A stretch of 64,000 nucleotides of DNA, taken from positions 26,474,001 to 26,538,000 of the forward strand of contig NC_090370.1 of assembly GCF_035084215.1 (NCBI RefSeq), written 5' to 3'. Both the position numbers and the translations under genes were made by a program. The DNA comes from Heptranchias perlo. Taxonomy: Eukaryota. Positions 52,870-64,000 of the stretch are shown here, in pieces. The notes under the pieces were generated by a model. The model had not been told where the DNA came from, made no database searches, and saw nothing but the letters and a program-made list of their open reading frames with translations. Positions within the stretch are counted from its first letter, which is position 1. Each line of letters opens with the position of its first letter.

Positions 52870-53815
52870 GAGAGTGCGGTGCCCAGAACTGAACACAGTT
52901 CTCGAAATGAGGTCTAACCAGAGCTCTGTATAACTGTGACATAACTTCCACTCCTTTTTATTCCAGTTCCCTTGAGATAAAGATCAAAATTTAATCTCCA
53001 TTTCACCTTATATTTTTAGTGAATTCTTTACTTGGACCCCTAAATCTCTCTCCTCCCCCACAGTTCCTATCTTCTTGCCATTTAGAAAATACTCGGATCT
53101 ATCTTTTTAAGGTCCCAAGTGGATGACCTCACACTTTCCCACGTTGAACTCCATCTGCCACTGTTTTGCCCACTCACTTATTCTATCAATGTCCCTTTGC
53201 AACTTTCTGCTCCCATCTATAAAGCTTACTGTGCCACCTAACTTAGTTTCGTCAGCACACTGGGATAGAAGGTTCTCTACATAAGAATAGAACAGATAGA
53301 AGCAGGAGTCGGCCCGACGGCCCCTCGAGCATGTTCCGCCATTCAATCAGACCATGGCTGATCTTCGACCTCAACTCCACTTTCCCGCCATCCCCATATC
53401 CCTTGATTCCCCTAAAATCCAAAACTCGATCGATCTCAGACTTGAATATACTCAACGACTGAGCGTCCAAAGTCCTGTGGGTGAGAGAAGTCCGAAGATT
53501 CACAACACTTTGAGTGAAGAATTTTTTCCTCATGTCGGTCCTAAATGGCCGACCCCTTATCTTGAGAATATGACCTCTCGTTCTTGACATTCCAGCCAGG
53601 GGAATAAGCCTCTCATCATCGACACTGTCAAGCCGGCTAAGAATTTTATACATTGCAATGTGATCACCTCTCTTTCTTCTAAACTCCAGCGAATGTCGGC
53701 CAATTTTACACACTATCTCCTCACAGTAAAATTGCAGCAAGTCCTCCTTATTCTTATATTCCAACACCCTTGCAATAAAGACGAACATTTCATTTGCCTT
53801 CCTCACTCTCATTAG
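52870..53815 (-). mobile_element. CR1 fragments (paralog of 4350-5305)
   Basis: ORFs 53107..53346 and 53252..53812. Confidence 0.85.
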
Positions 53816-53981
53816 ACCCTTGGTAACTCACGATTTCCAGTATGTTTTTCCTCCATTCATTCTATAGGGAAAATAAATCATCGTTGAAAACATTTCTCTC
53901 TAATTATACCCGTTTGTGATTGGGGAACAAAATCCAGCTGAACGGCAACAAATTTGGAGGTTCTGAAGAAAGTAGATTAAT

Positions 53982-54038
53982 TGCAATCGCCGGGGATCGA
54001 ACCCGGGGCAGCTATACTCACCACGATACCACCATCGC
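53982..54038 (-). pseudogene. tRNA-Gly pseudogene lacking most of the anticodon arm
   Basis: Paralog of 5482-5552 with an internal ~15 nt deletion. Confidence 0.8.
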
Positions 54039-54634
54039 TAAAAATAGCCATCAACAAAATAGTTCCCAACCATCAGATCCTGAACAGGCACTGCAGGCTG
54101 TTGCATTTTGTACTTCATTTCAACTGGTTTCTGACGGATCCTTTCTCGCTCTGCTGCAGTTCCCATTTCCGCCCAGTCGATGACGCCAAGCCCCAATCAA
54201 TGGAAATTACACAACAGCCAGTAATTGTTCACCTGATATCGGACTGAAGAGACAGTCGATCCCTGCAATACTTGACCAGTGGAAATACACTTTGCCGCAA
54301 TTCACATCAGCCATCAAGTAAAGTTAAATAATTTCATTAAATTATTACGGAGACCTGACTGCCAACTGGGCACAAATGGCAGCTTAATATTCAAGTTTAT
54401 AAGATCTTTAGAAAGGACAGAGAAGTAGGGAAAGGAGGAGGAGTAGCAATATTGCTAAAGGACAATATTACAGCAGTTGAAAGATAGAGTATCAGGGAGG
54501 GTGAGGGGGCAATGTAAACACTCTGAGAGAGACCCATCAAAAGTGGCCCCACTGTATTCCTCCAGAAGGTATAAGAAGGGCGAGTTAGGGAAGATTTCTT
54601 CATTCTTTGTGAAAGTGTTTGTGAGATTGTGGAA

Positions 54635-54760
54635 AAGCCTGGAAGAGGAAAATCCGGCGGTAAAGATCGGGCCAAGACCAAGTTTCGCTCATCCTGGGCA
54701 GGACTGCAGTTCCATGTGCGCCGTGTTCACAGGTCCTGCGAAAGGGGAACTATGCTGAAC
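54635..54760 (+). pseudogene. H2A: H2A pseudogene 5' part (start codon mutated)
   Basis: AAGCCTGGAAGAGGAAAATCC..AAGGGGAACTATGCTGAAC then LINE. Confidence 0.88.
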
Positions 54761-56569
54761 TCTGAAGTCCTGTCACATCCAGTCGTGAATGGTGGTGGAT
54801 AATTAAACACATAACGGGAGTTGGAGGCTCTGTAAACATCCCCATCCTCAACGATGGCGGAGTCCAGCACGTGAGTGCAAAAGACAAGGCTGAAGCGTTT
54901 GCAACCATCTTCAGCCAGAAGTGCTGAATGGATGATCCATCTCGGCCTCCTTCCGATATCCCCACCATCAGAAAAGCGAGTCTTCAGCTAATTCGATTCA
55001 CTCCACGTGATATCAAGAAACGGCTGAGTGCACTGAATGCAGCAAAGGCTATGGGCCACGACAACAACGCGGCTGTCGTGCTGATGAATTGTGCTCCAGA
55101 ACTAGTTGCGCCTCCAGCCAAGCTGTTCCAGTCCAGCGACAACACTGGCATCTACCCGACAATGTGGAAAATTGCCCAGGTATGTCCTGTTCACAAAAAG
55201 CAGGACAAATCCAATCCGGCCAATTACCGCCCCATCAGTCTACTCTCAATCATCAGCAAAGTGATGGAAGGTGTCTTCGACAGTGCTATCAAGTGGCACT
55301 TACTCACCAATAACCTGATCACCGATGCTCAGTTTGGGTTCCGCCAGGATCTCTCGGCTCCAGACCTCATTACAGCCTTGGTCCAAACATGGACAAAAGA
55401 GCTGAATTCCAGAGGTGAGGTGAGAGTGACTGCCCTTGACATCAAGGCAGCATTTGACCGAGTGTGGCAGCAAGGAGCCCTCGTAAAATTGAAGTCAATG
55501 GGAATCAGGGGTAAAACTCTCCAGTGGCTGGAGTCATACCTAGCAAAAAGGAAGATCGTAGTGGTTGTTGGCGGCCAATCATCTCAGCCCCAGGACATTG
55601 CTGCAGGAATTCCTCAAGGCAGTGTCCGAGGCCCAACCATCTTCAGCTGCTCCATCAATTACCTTCCCTCCATCATAAGGTCAGCAATGGGGATGTTCGC
55701 TGATGATTGCACAGTGTTCAGTTCCATTCGCAGTCTGAGCACGCATGCAGCAAGACCTGAACAACATCCAAGCTTGGGCTCATAAGTGGCAAGTAAAATT
55801 CGCGCCAGACAAATGCCAGGCAATGACCATCTCCAAAAAGAGAGAGTCTAACCACCTCCCCTTGACATTCAACGGCATTACCATCGCCACCATCAGCATC
55901 CTGGGGGTCACCATTGACCAGAAACTTAACTGGACCAGCCATATAAATACTGTGGCTACAAGAGCAGGTCAGAGGCTGGGTATTCTGCGGCGAGTGACTC
56001 ACCTCTTGACTCCCCAAAGCCTTTCCACCATCGACAAGGCACAAGTCAGGAGTGTGATGGAATAATCTCCACTTGCCTGGATGAGTGCAGCTCCAACAAC
56101 ACTCAAGAAGCTCGACAACATCCAGGACAAAGCAGCCCGCTTGATTGGCACCCCATCCACCACCCTAAACCTTCACTCCCTTCACCACCGGCGCACTGTG
56201 GCTGCAGTGTGTACCATCCACAGGATGCACTGCAGCAACTCGCCAAGGCTTCTTCGACAACACCTCCCAAACCCGCGACCTCTACCACCTAGAAGGACAA
56301 GAGCAGCAGGGACATGGGAACAACACCACCTGCACGTTCTGCTCCAAGTCAAACACCATCTCGACTTGTAAATATATCGCCGTTCCTTCATCGTCGCTGG
56401 GTTAAAATCCTGGAACTCCCTTCCTAACAGCACTGTGGGAGAACCTTCACCACACAGACTGCAGCGGTTCAAGAAGGCGGCTCACCACCACCTTCTCAAG
56501 GGCAATTAGGGATGGGGATGAAATGCCGGCCTCACCAGCGACGCCCACATCCCATGAACACATAAAACA
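54761..56569 (+). mobile_element. 5'-truncated LINE (same family as 1019-2750) replacing the 3' part of the H2A pseudogene
   Basis: NYRPISLLS..QFGFR..LDIKAAFDRV..FADD in ORF 54928..55785; A-rich tail. Confidence 0.92.
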
Positions 56570-56587
56570 AAGATTTAATCTAATAAC

Positions 56588-57625
56588 AGGGCAAGGACAG
56601 GACCAAACTTATTAAATCATTTGAAGAAGGAACAGACAGACTAGGTTCATGTAGTAGATGTGATATATTTGGATTTTCCGAAGGCCTTCAATAATGTACC
56701 GCATTGTAGACTCATGGCTAAGTTCAGAGCACGTGGACAGGTGGTGGAATGGATAGGAAGCTGGCTACAAAACAGAAAACCGAGAATAGAGGTCCAGGGT
56801 CGGTACTCAGACTGGCAATAGTTGGGAAGTGGAGTTCCACAGGAATCGGTGCTGGGACCACTGTTCTTCACAATTTACAATAATGATTTGGATTCCGGAA
56901 TCGGATGTACAATTTCAAAATTTGCCGATGACATCAAATTGGGCGATGTCTTTAATACAAAGGAAGAATGTGTCAAAATTCAAGAGGACATTAATAAACT
57001 AGCAGAATGAAGAATAAGGAGATCACATACTGTTTGGATAATAAGAGTCTAAACGGGATAGAGGAGCAAAGGGATCTCGTGGTGCAGATGAACAAATTAC
57101 TGAAAGTAGCGACGCTGGTGATAAAAAGGCAAATCAAACACGAGGATTCATTTCGAGAGGGATAGTATTGAAAAGCTAAGAAGTTATGTTAAACGAGTAT
57201 GGAATCTTGGTTCGACCACATTTGGAATAGTGCGAACAGTTCTGGTCTCCATATTATGGACATAGGGGCATTGGAGAAGATGCAAATAAGATTCACAAGG
57301 ATGATACCAGAAATGAAAGGATATTCTTATCAGGAAAGGCTGAGCAGACTGGGTCTCGTTTCAGTGGAAAAGTGAAGGCTGAGGGTTGACCTGATAAAAA
57401 ATTTTAAGATAATGATAGGGTTTCTCAGGATAGCTGAGGCCAATAGTATTGATGCATTTAAGGGGAAGATAGATCAGCACATGAGGGAGAAAGGAATAGA
57501 AGGATATGCCGATAGGGTTAGATGAAGTAAGGAAGGAGGAGGCGCGTGAGCAGCAGAAACGCCGGCATCAGAGCAATTGGGCCGAATGGCCTGTTTCTGT
57601 GACGTAATTTCGATGTAACTCGATG
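56588..57625 (+). mobile_element. CR1 fragment in H2A 3' UTR (inverted paralog of 45160-46180)
   Basis: GVPQESVLGP..KFADDIKLG. Confidence 0.88.
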
Positions 57626-57629
57626 TGAA

Positions 57630-57645
57630 GGCTCTTTTCAGAGCC
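57630..57645 (+). terminator. Displaced histone stem-loop
   Basis: GGCTCTTTTCAGAGCC ACCCA. Confidence 0.9.
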
Positions 57646-59439
57646 ACCCACTGTATCTGTGAAAGGACTGGTTACTGTCTGAAGGGAGACGCTGATATCA
57701 TGCTACCAGTGCTGCTTTGAGCTGCTTTTGTCTCGTTGTGGACGAGATGGGGTATTAATGGGACTGGAGTCGGGGCACCGACCACATTCCGGTACTTTAA
57801 ACGGTAACTTATGGACCCCAGTCCACACATCACCAGATTTCTTGTATTTATTTCAACTACTTGCCAAGCTGGGCTCGTAAAGCATCACCAGAACTGCTCG
57901 ACTAACCTTTCAACATCTGTGGGATTCAGCGCTTCGCTCCGTTTCTGTTCCATTTTGTTGGATTATTTACATAACGCATCAAACTCACTGGGGAATCACT
58001 GAAATGTAACTCTGTGCAGAAACAAATAACAGTGAACGGCCTGGTGCCCAGGAGATCAGAAATATGATTCGCCTTTCGCCTTATTGACTAACACACCGTG
58101 TTTCGAGTCCACCTACCCGCGTTGGTTCCACATGGGGATCAAATAGAGAGGGCGGGAGGGGAGGAGACAGAGTGATGGACAGGGCGGAGAGCGGACTCTG
58201 ATCTTCCAGCTCCACCTCCAGCTTTCTCCACCGGCAATTTCGAACCGTTTATCGATATTAGAACCGAAAGACAGCGCTCCGCACAAACCCTTACAGATTC
58301 GGGCTTCATAGTCAAGGATTCCCAGGAACCCGGAGCTTTTAAATAAGCCCCGTTACAATTAACAGACAGTAATATTCCTGACTAAATACAGTCCCTTCTA
58401 TAACTAGTCAACCCGCCTGCTTCCATTTCAGTCCCACACCCGATTCTATCTCCCCACACATCCCCTCCCAGACGGGTTCAGCATTTCACAAACACCTTAT
58501 TCCAGCTGATTTGGAGAATCTCATGTGTTGGGGTTGAGTTGTGACGCGGAGTTTCTCCGCCAGTGTTACCGTCTCACAGAGACTCTCGCCCTGAATCTGT
58601 GAAAAGAAAATGACCATGAACTGGACTGGAGCCGAACCCATCCCCAGTTACAGTGAAGCCCGGACACCCCATTCTCTCTGTTTATATTAGACAGTATCCC
58701 ACCTTCATGTCCAGCACCAGAGAGAGAGACACACACACATACACACTTTCAATCTTACACTTCATTGTGTTTATATCAACCCCAATAGCTGCATCCAACC
58801 TTCATATGCAGCATCAGAGCGGGAGAGAAAGAGAGACAGATACGATCACAGAGCGAGCGGAGAGGCACAGCGCCACAGTATCAGTTCCAGTCTGACCTGT
58901 AAAGTTGCGTTTTATGCAGAAAATCCCGTTGGAGAGACAGAAGATGCATTCTTATCTCTCACTGATATACCAAAGACGGACACACTATTAATCCCACACT
59001 CAGCGACAGTGCAGTTAGTGAGAAAATCAATGTGGGCGGAATTTATCACTGTCTTGCCTGTTGTACCATATTCGGTTTTGCAAATCAGATCCGTTCGCGA
59101 TGACTCTCAGTGACCGAGAGTCTCACTCTGATTATATTAACCTGGGACTGTTGCTGTCAGGTATTAATCCTGCACAGTACCAGCAAATACACCGACTCCA
59201 ACGTTTCTCCCATGTTTCTCCAGGATTGGTTTGAGAAATCCTGCCTTCAGTTTCGGAGTCACACGTTACTTAATCGGTAAAGGGGCAAAGAATGAACAGA
59301 ACACATTGGCTCATTTCAAAACGTCCCACTTTATCTCTGAAAGTCTATTTGCCATCAAAAGATACCGAGAGAAACAGCAGGGATGGAAACATCTCGTTTA
59401 ACAGTTGGAGATTGTAAAGTCAGTCTGGATTCCAGCGTT

Positions 59440-60480
59440 CGGCACTGGTGGAATCCCATCTGTTTCCCATTCTGCTGCCTGTTCCTGCACTGCCTGTGGA
59501 CCCCATTCCCTCTGACCTTTCCCCCACTTCCTTTGCTCAGACTCTGAAAAATTCCAACTGGGGAAAGTTTCCATCGATTTTTGTGTTGGGAATTAAACCA
59601 GATATCTGCGCATGCGTGACTCAGCCCCGCCCCCAGCGCTGCTGCTGGTGAGCAGAAGAGCGCATGCGCGCTCCACTCCCCCAGCTCGGCCTGTGGGCGA
59701 CATTCCCTCAGTGAGCGGAAGAAGATGGTTAAAAACAGCCGGGAATGGAGAGATCACGGCCCCCGGGGGAAGGGAGCAAAGAGCAGCCTCGTTACAGCAG
59801 CTCATCGCTTCGGGACCGTGTCCGCAGATGGGCTCAGAGATCGGCATTGAGTCCGGGGGAAGGTCAGGGGGAGTCCGGGGGCTGTTTGTAAGAGGCGGAG
59901 TGGATCAGGATCTCGTCCCGGAACATGGAGTGAGAGGGGGAAGGGAGAGGTCATTCTCGGGCTGTGTGTGTGCAGGGTGTGTCCAGGGTGAGGGAGAGAG
60001 AATGGGAAGATCCTGATATTAAAATCATTGCTGCTTTCTCTCCCCAAACCAGGAGTGAATTGTTCCTGGTTTAGTTCCAGTCTCACCCTGTTTATTGTTA
60101 TTGGACAGTGAACAGTGGAAACAGAGCCGGACAGTCAGGATGTGGGGAGTTATACAAAGAGCATCAATTGCAGGCACCAGGTGACAAGTGTGAAGGACAC
60201 ATTTTAAAAAGCGGCTCTTTGCTTTCAGTTGAACGGTTAATCCCATGGGAGAGGGGATTAGAAACCTGACCGGTACAAAGGCCCCTCCCCATCGGGTAGT
60301 CCCATTCATGGATCAGTGCAGGGGTTGGGTTGTGTCTGGATATCACTAAATTGTTTTAAAATCGCCCAACACACCTGGTATACAGAAGCTGAGAGCTGCA
60401 GTACTGCAGTGGAGTCAGACACTGACACTCTTTGTATCACTGGTTTTCATTTGTGGATATTCAAAATAATTATTAACAGA
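59440..60480 (+). promoter_or_regulatory. CpG-rich promoter-like element, copy 4
   Basis: Paralog of 8340-9350. Confidence 0.55.
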
Positions 60481-61484
60481 GATATTAAACTGATCACTTT
60501 TGTATTTTCTACCTCACCTGTTCTTGAGTTACAAGAGATACGTTTCTTTCTACAGGCAAACCATTGAAGGATCCAGAATGAATGTGAAGTTTCCTCCACC
60601 CGAGGCAAAGGAACAGTGCAGCCAGCTCCTTCTCACACACAGTAGGTATATTATCATTCACAGAGCACAGAGACACAGACAGGTCATCAGTTCCACAGTC
60701 TCAGACAGCAGAAGTGGTCAGTCCCACACTGATCCCAGATTCCAGAGACACATTTTCAATCCAACAGTCAGACAGAGCAGGTGAGGCAGACGCTGTTTCC
60801 ATTTCCCCCGAACTCAGTCCCGCTGACAGGAAGATACAAAAATCCCAGTCCAAAGTCACGCTTTCAGGTTGTCCATTTCACAAAAGGGCAACATTAGCCA
60901 TGGATTAAATACCAGATACCCCGAGATTCAAATTGAATACTCGCCCAGAACTCTCACACACACTAGAGTTTAATTCATGCAGTATCCATTCGAATAGCAT
61001 ATGAAGAGATACAAATTGCAAGTCCAAAACTCATGTACAGTATCAGATTGAGAAATGCTGTGACAGTGTAACCTGAGAAACAAATTAGAAACCAGTTTAT
61101 AATACACTCATAGTATGAGATTTAAAGATACAGCATCAATTCTATTTGCACAGACTGAGATACACATTACACATGAGTCGAAAAATGTTATAAAATAAAT
61201 TTAAAGATGCAGTATCAATTAATTTAGTACAGACTCATCCACACATTATATACCAATTCAAAAATATCAGTTTTAAAGATACATTATCATTCACAATATT
61301 ACTCACAGAGATACAGATTTAATAGGAGTGCAAAAAGCACACAAATTATCTGACTAAAACCTCCAGCATCAAATCCTAAAGTGTATCCATATTTACCAAC
61401 TGCAAAATGAGAAAAAAATATTTCAACATTAAGGTATTAAAGTTACAGTATTGAACACCATAACGTAATCTGAGCGAATAATTA

Positions 61485-64000
61485 TATACAGATACAGAAT
61501 GAATCTCACACACAGATACAGTACAGAGACACACAGACACAGAATGAATCCCACACTCAAATACCACACCAGAGACTGACAGAAGCAGAAGGAATCCCAA
61601 ACTCACATCCAGCATGAGAGGTTGCCAGACATAGAATGAATCCCACACACAAGTATGGTACCAGAGATGATAGATCGAGAATGAATCCCACACAGGCATA
61701 CAGCACCAAGGACTGACTGATACCTAGTTCATCCCACACTCTCATAAAGCACTAGAGACTGAGAGGTAAAGGAAGAATCGCATACTCACACATGGAATGA
61801 ATCCCACACTCACACACAGTACCAGATACTGACAGAAACAGAATGAATCCCACTCTCACGTACAGTACCAGAGACTGACAGGTGCAGAATGAATCCCACA
61901 CTCACAAACAGCACCATAGACTGACAGATACAGAATGAATCCCACACTCACACACAGTCCCAAAGACTGACAGCAACAGAATGAATCCCACACTCACACA
62001 CAGTATCAGAGACTGACAGATACAGAATGAATCCCACACTCATACACAGTATCAGAGACTGACAGATACAGAATGAATCCCACACTCACACACAGTACCA
62101 CAGACTGACAGATACAGAATGAATCCCACACTCACACAAAGTACCAGATACTGACAGAAACAGAATGAATCCCACTCTCACGTACAGTACCAGAGACTGA
62201 CAGGTGCAGAATGAATCCCACACTCACACACAGCACCACAGACTGACAGATACAGAATGAATCCCACACTCACACACAGTCCCAAAGACTGACAGCAACA
62301 GAATGAATCCCACACTCACACACAGTACCAAAGACTGACAGATACAGAATGAATCCCACACTCACACACAGCACCAGAGACTGACAGATCCAGAATGAAT
62401 CCCACACTCACACAGAGTACCAGAGACTGACAGATACAGAATGAATCCCAAACTCACATGCAGTATCAGAGACTGACAGATACAGAATGAATCCCACACT
62501 CACACACAGTCCCAAAGACTGACAGATACAGAATGAATCCCACACTCACACACAGTATCAGAGACTGACAGATACAGAATGAATCCCACACTCATACACA
62601 GTATCAGAGACTGACAGATACAGAATGAATCCCACACACACACACAGTACCAGAGACTGACAGATACAGAATGAATCCCACACTCACACACAGCACCAGA
62701 GACTGACAGTTACAGAATGAATCCCACACTCACATACAGTACCAGAGATTGACAGACACAGAATGAACCCCACACTCACACACAGTATCAGAGACTGACA
62801 GATACAGAATGAATCCCACACTCACACAGAGTACCAGAGACTGACAGATACAGAATGAATCCCAAACTCACATGCAGTATCAGAGACTGACAGATACAGA
62901 ATGAATCCCACACTCACACACAGTACCAGAGACTGACAGATACAGAATGAATCCCACACTCACACACAGTATCAGAGACTGACAGATACAGAATGAATCC
63001 CACACTCATACACAGTACCAGAGACTGACAGATACAGAATAAATCCCACACTCACACACAGCACCAGAGACTGACAGTTACAGAATGAATCCCACACTCA
63101 CACACAGTACCAGAGATTGACAGACACAGAATGAATCCCACACTCACACACAGTATCAGAGACTGACAGATACAGAATGAATCCCACACTCACATACAGT
63201 ACCAGAGATTGACAGACACAGAATGAATCCCACACTCACACACAGTACCAGTGACTGACAGATACAAAATGAATCCCACACTCACATACAGTACCAGAGA
63301 TTGATAGACACAGAATGAATCCCACACTCACACACAGTACCAGAGAGTGACAGATACATAATGAATCCCACACTCACATACAGCATTCGAGACTGACAGA
63401 TGCAAAATGAATCCCACACTCACACACAGTACCAGAGACTGACAGATACAGAATGAATCCCAAACTCACATGCAGTATCAGAGAGTGACAGATACAGAAT
63501 GAATCCCAAACTCAAACACAGTATCAGAGAGTGAAAGATACAGAATGAATCCCACATTCACACCCAGTACCAGAGACTGACAGATACAGAATGAATCCCA
63601 CAATAAAACACAGCACCAGAGACTGACAGATGCAGAATGAATCCCACACTCACACACAGTACCAGAGACTGACAGATACAGAATGAATCCCAGACTCATA
63701 CATAGGACCAGAGACTGACAGATACAGAATGAATCCCACACTCATACACAGTACCAGTGACTGACCGATGCTGAATAAATCCCACATTCACAAACAGTAC
63801 CAGAGACTGACAGATACAGAATGAATCCCACACTCACACACAGTCCCAAAGACTGACAGATACAGAATGAATCCCAAACTCACACACAGTACCAGAGACT
63901 GACAGATACAGAATGAATCCCACACTCACACACAGTATCAGAGACTGACAGATACAGAATGAATCCCACACTCACACACAGTATCAGAGACTGACAGATA
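61485..64000. repeat. Long homogeneous 46 bp satellite array, open at window end
   Basis: GAATGAATCC at 62025 and 62071; more than 45 units. Confidence 0.97.

Noticed and set aside
61485-64000. CRISPR-like appearance of regular repeats
   Set aside because: No unique spacers, no cas genes, eukaryotic context

Overview
Eukaryotic, repeat-rich DNA; the histone sequences and the CR1/L2/Penelope repeat families suggest a cartilaginous fish (inference). The window is a replication-dependent histone cluster: H2B, H2A (1-bp frameshift), H3.2, H4, H1, then a second H2A and H2B, each with a 3' stem-loop. It also holds three H2A pseudogenes, a truncated H2B and five tRNA-Gly-derived sequences. These sit in a mosaic of direct and inverted segmental duplications of a module made of a CpG-rich NRF1 promoter-like element, an 81-82 bp array, a 46 bp array and an H2B promoter. 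The duplications supply filled and empty versions of many insertions. Most interesting signals: (1) Penelope-like insertions carrying minimal hammerhead ribozymes, one a ~1.1 kb fold-back element and one a ~100 bp hammerhead-only insert, both with target-site duplications; (2) an E2F/CDE-CHR-like module shared by the H2A and H3 promoters, including an identical 26-mer; (3) a stem-loop H1 with H1.0/H5-like protein and promoter traits; (4) an H2B with testis-H2B-like residues and a damaged octamer; (5) a tRNA-Gly body with a TCT anticodon. All calls were made by eye, and repeat and duplication boundaries are approximate.
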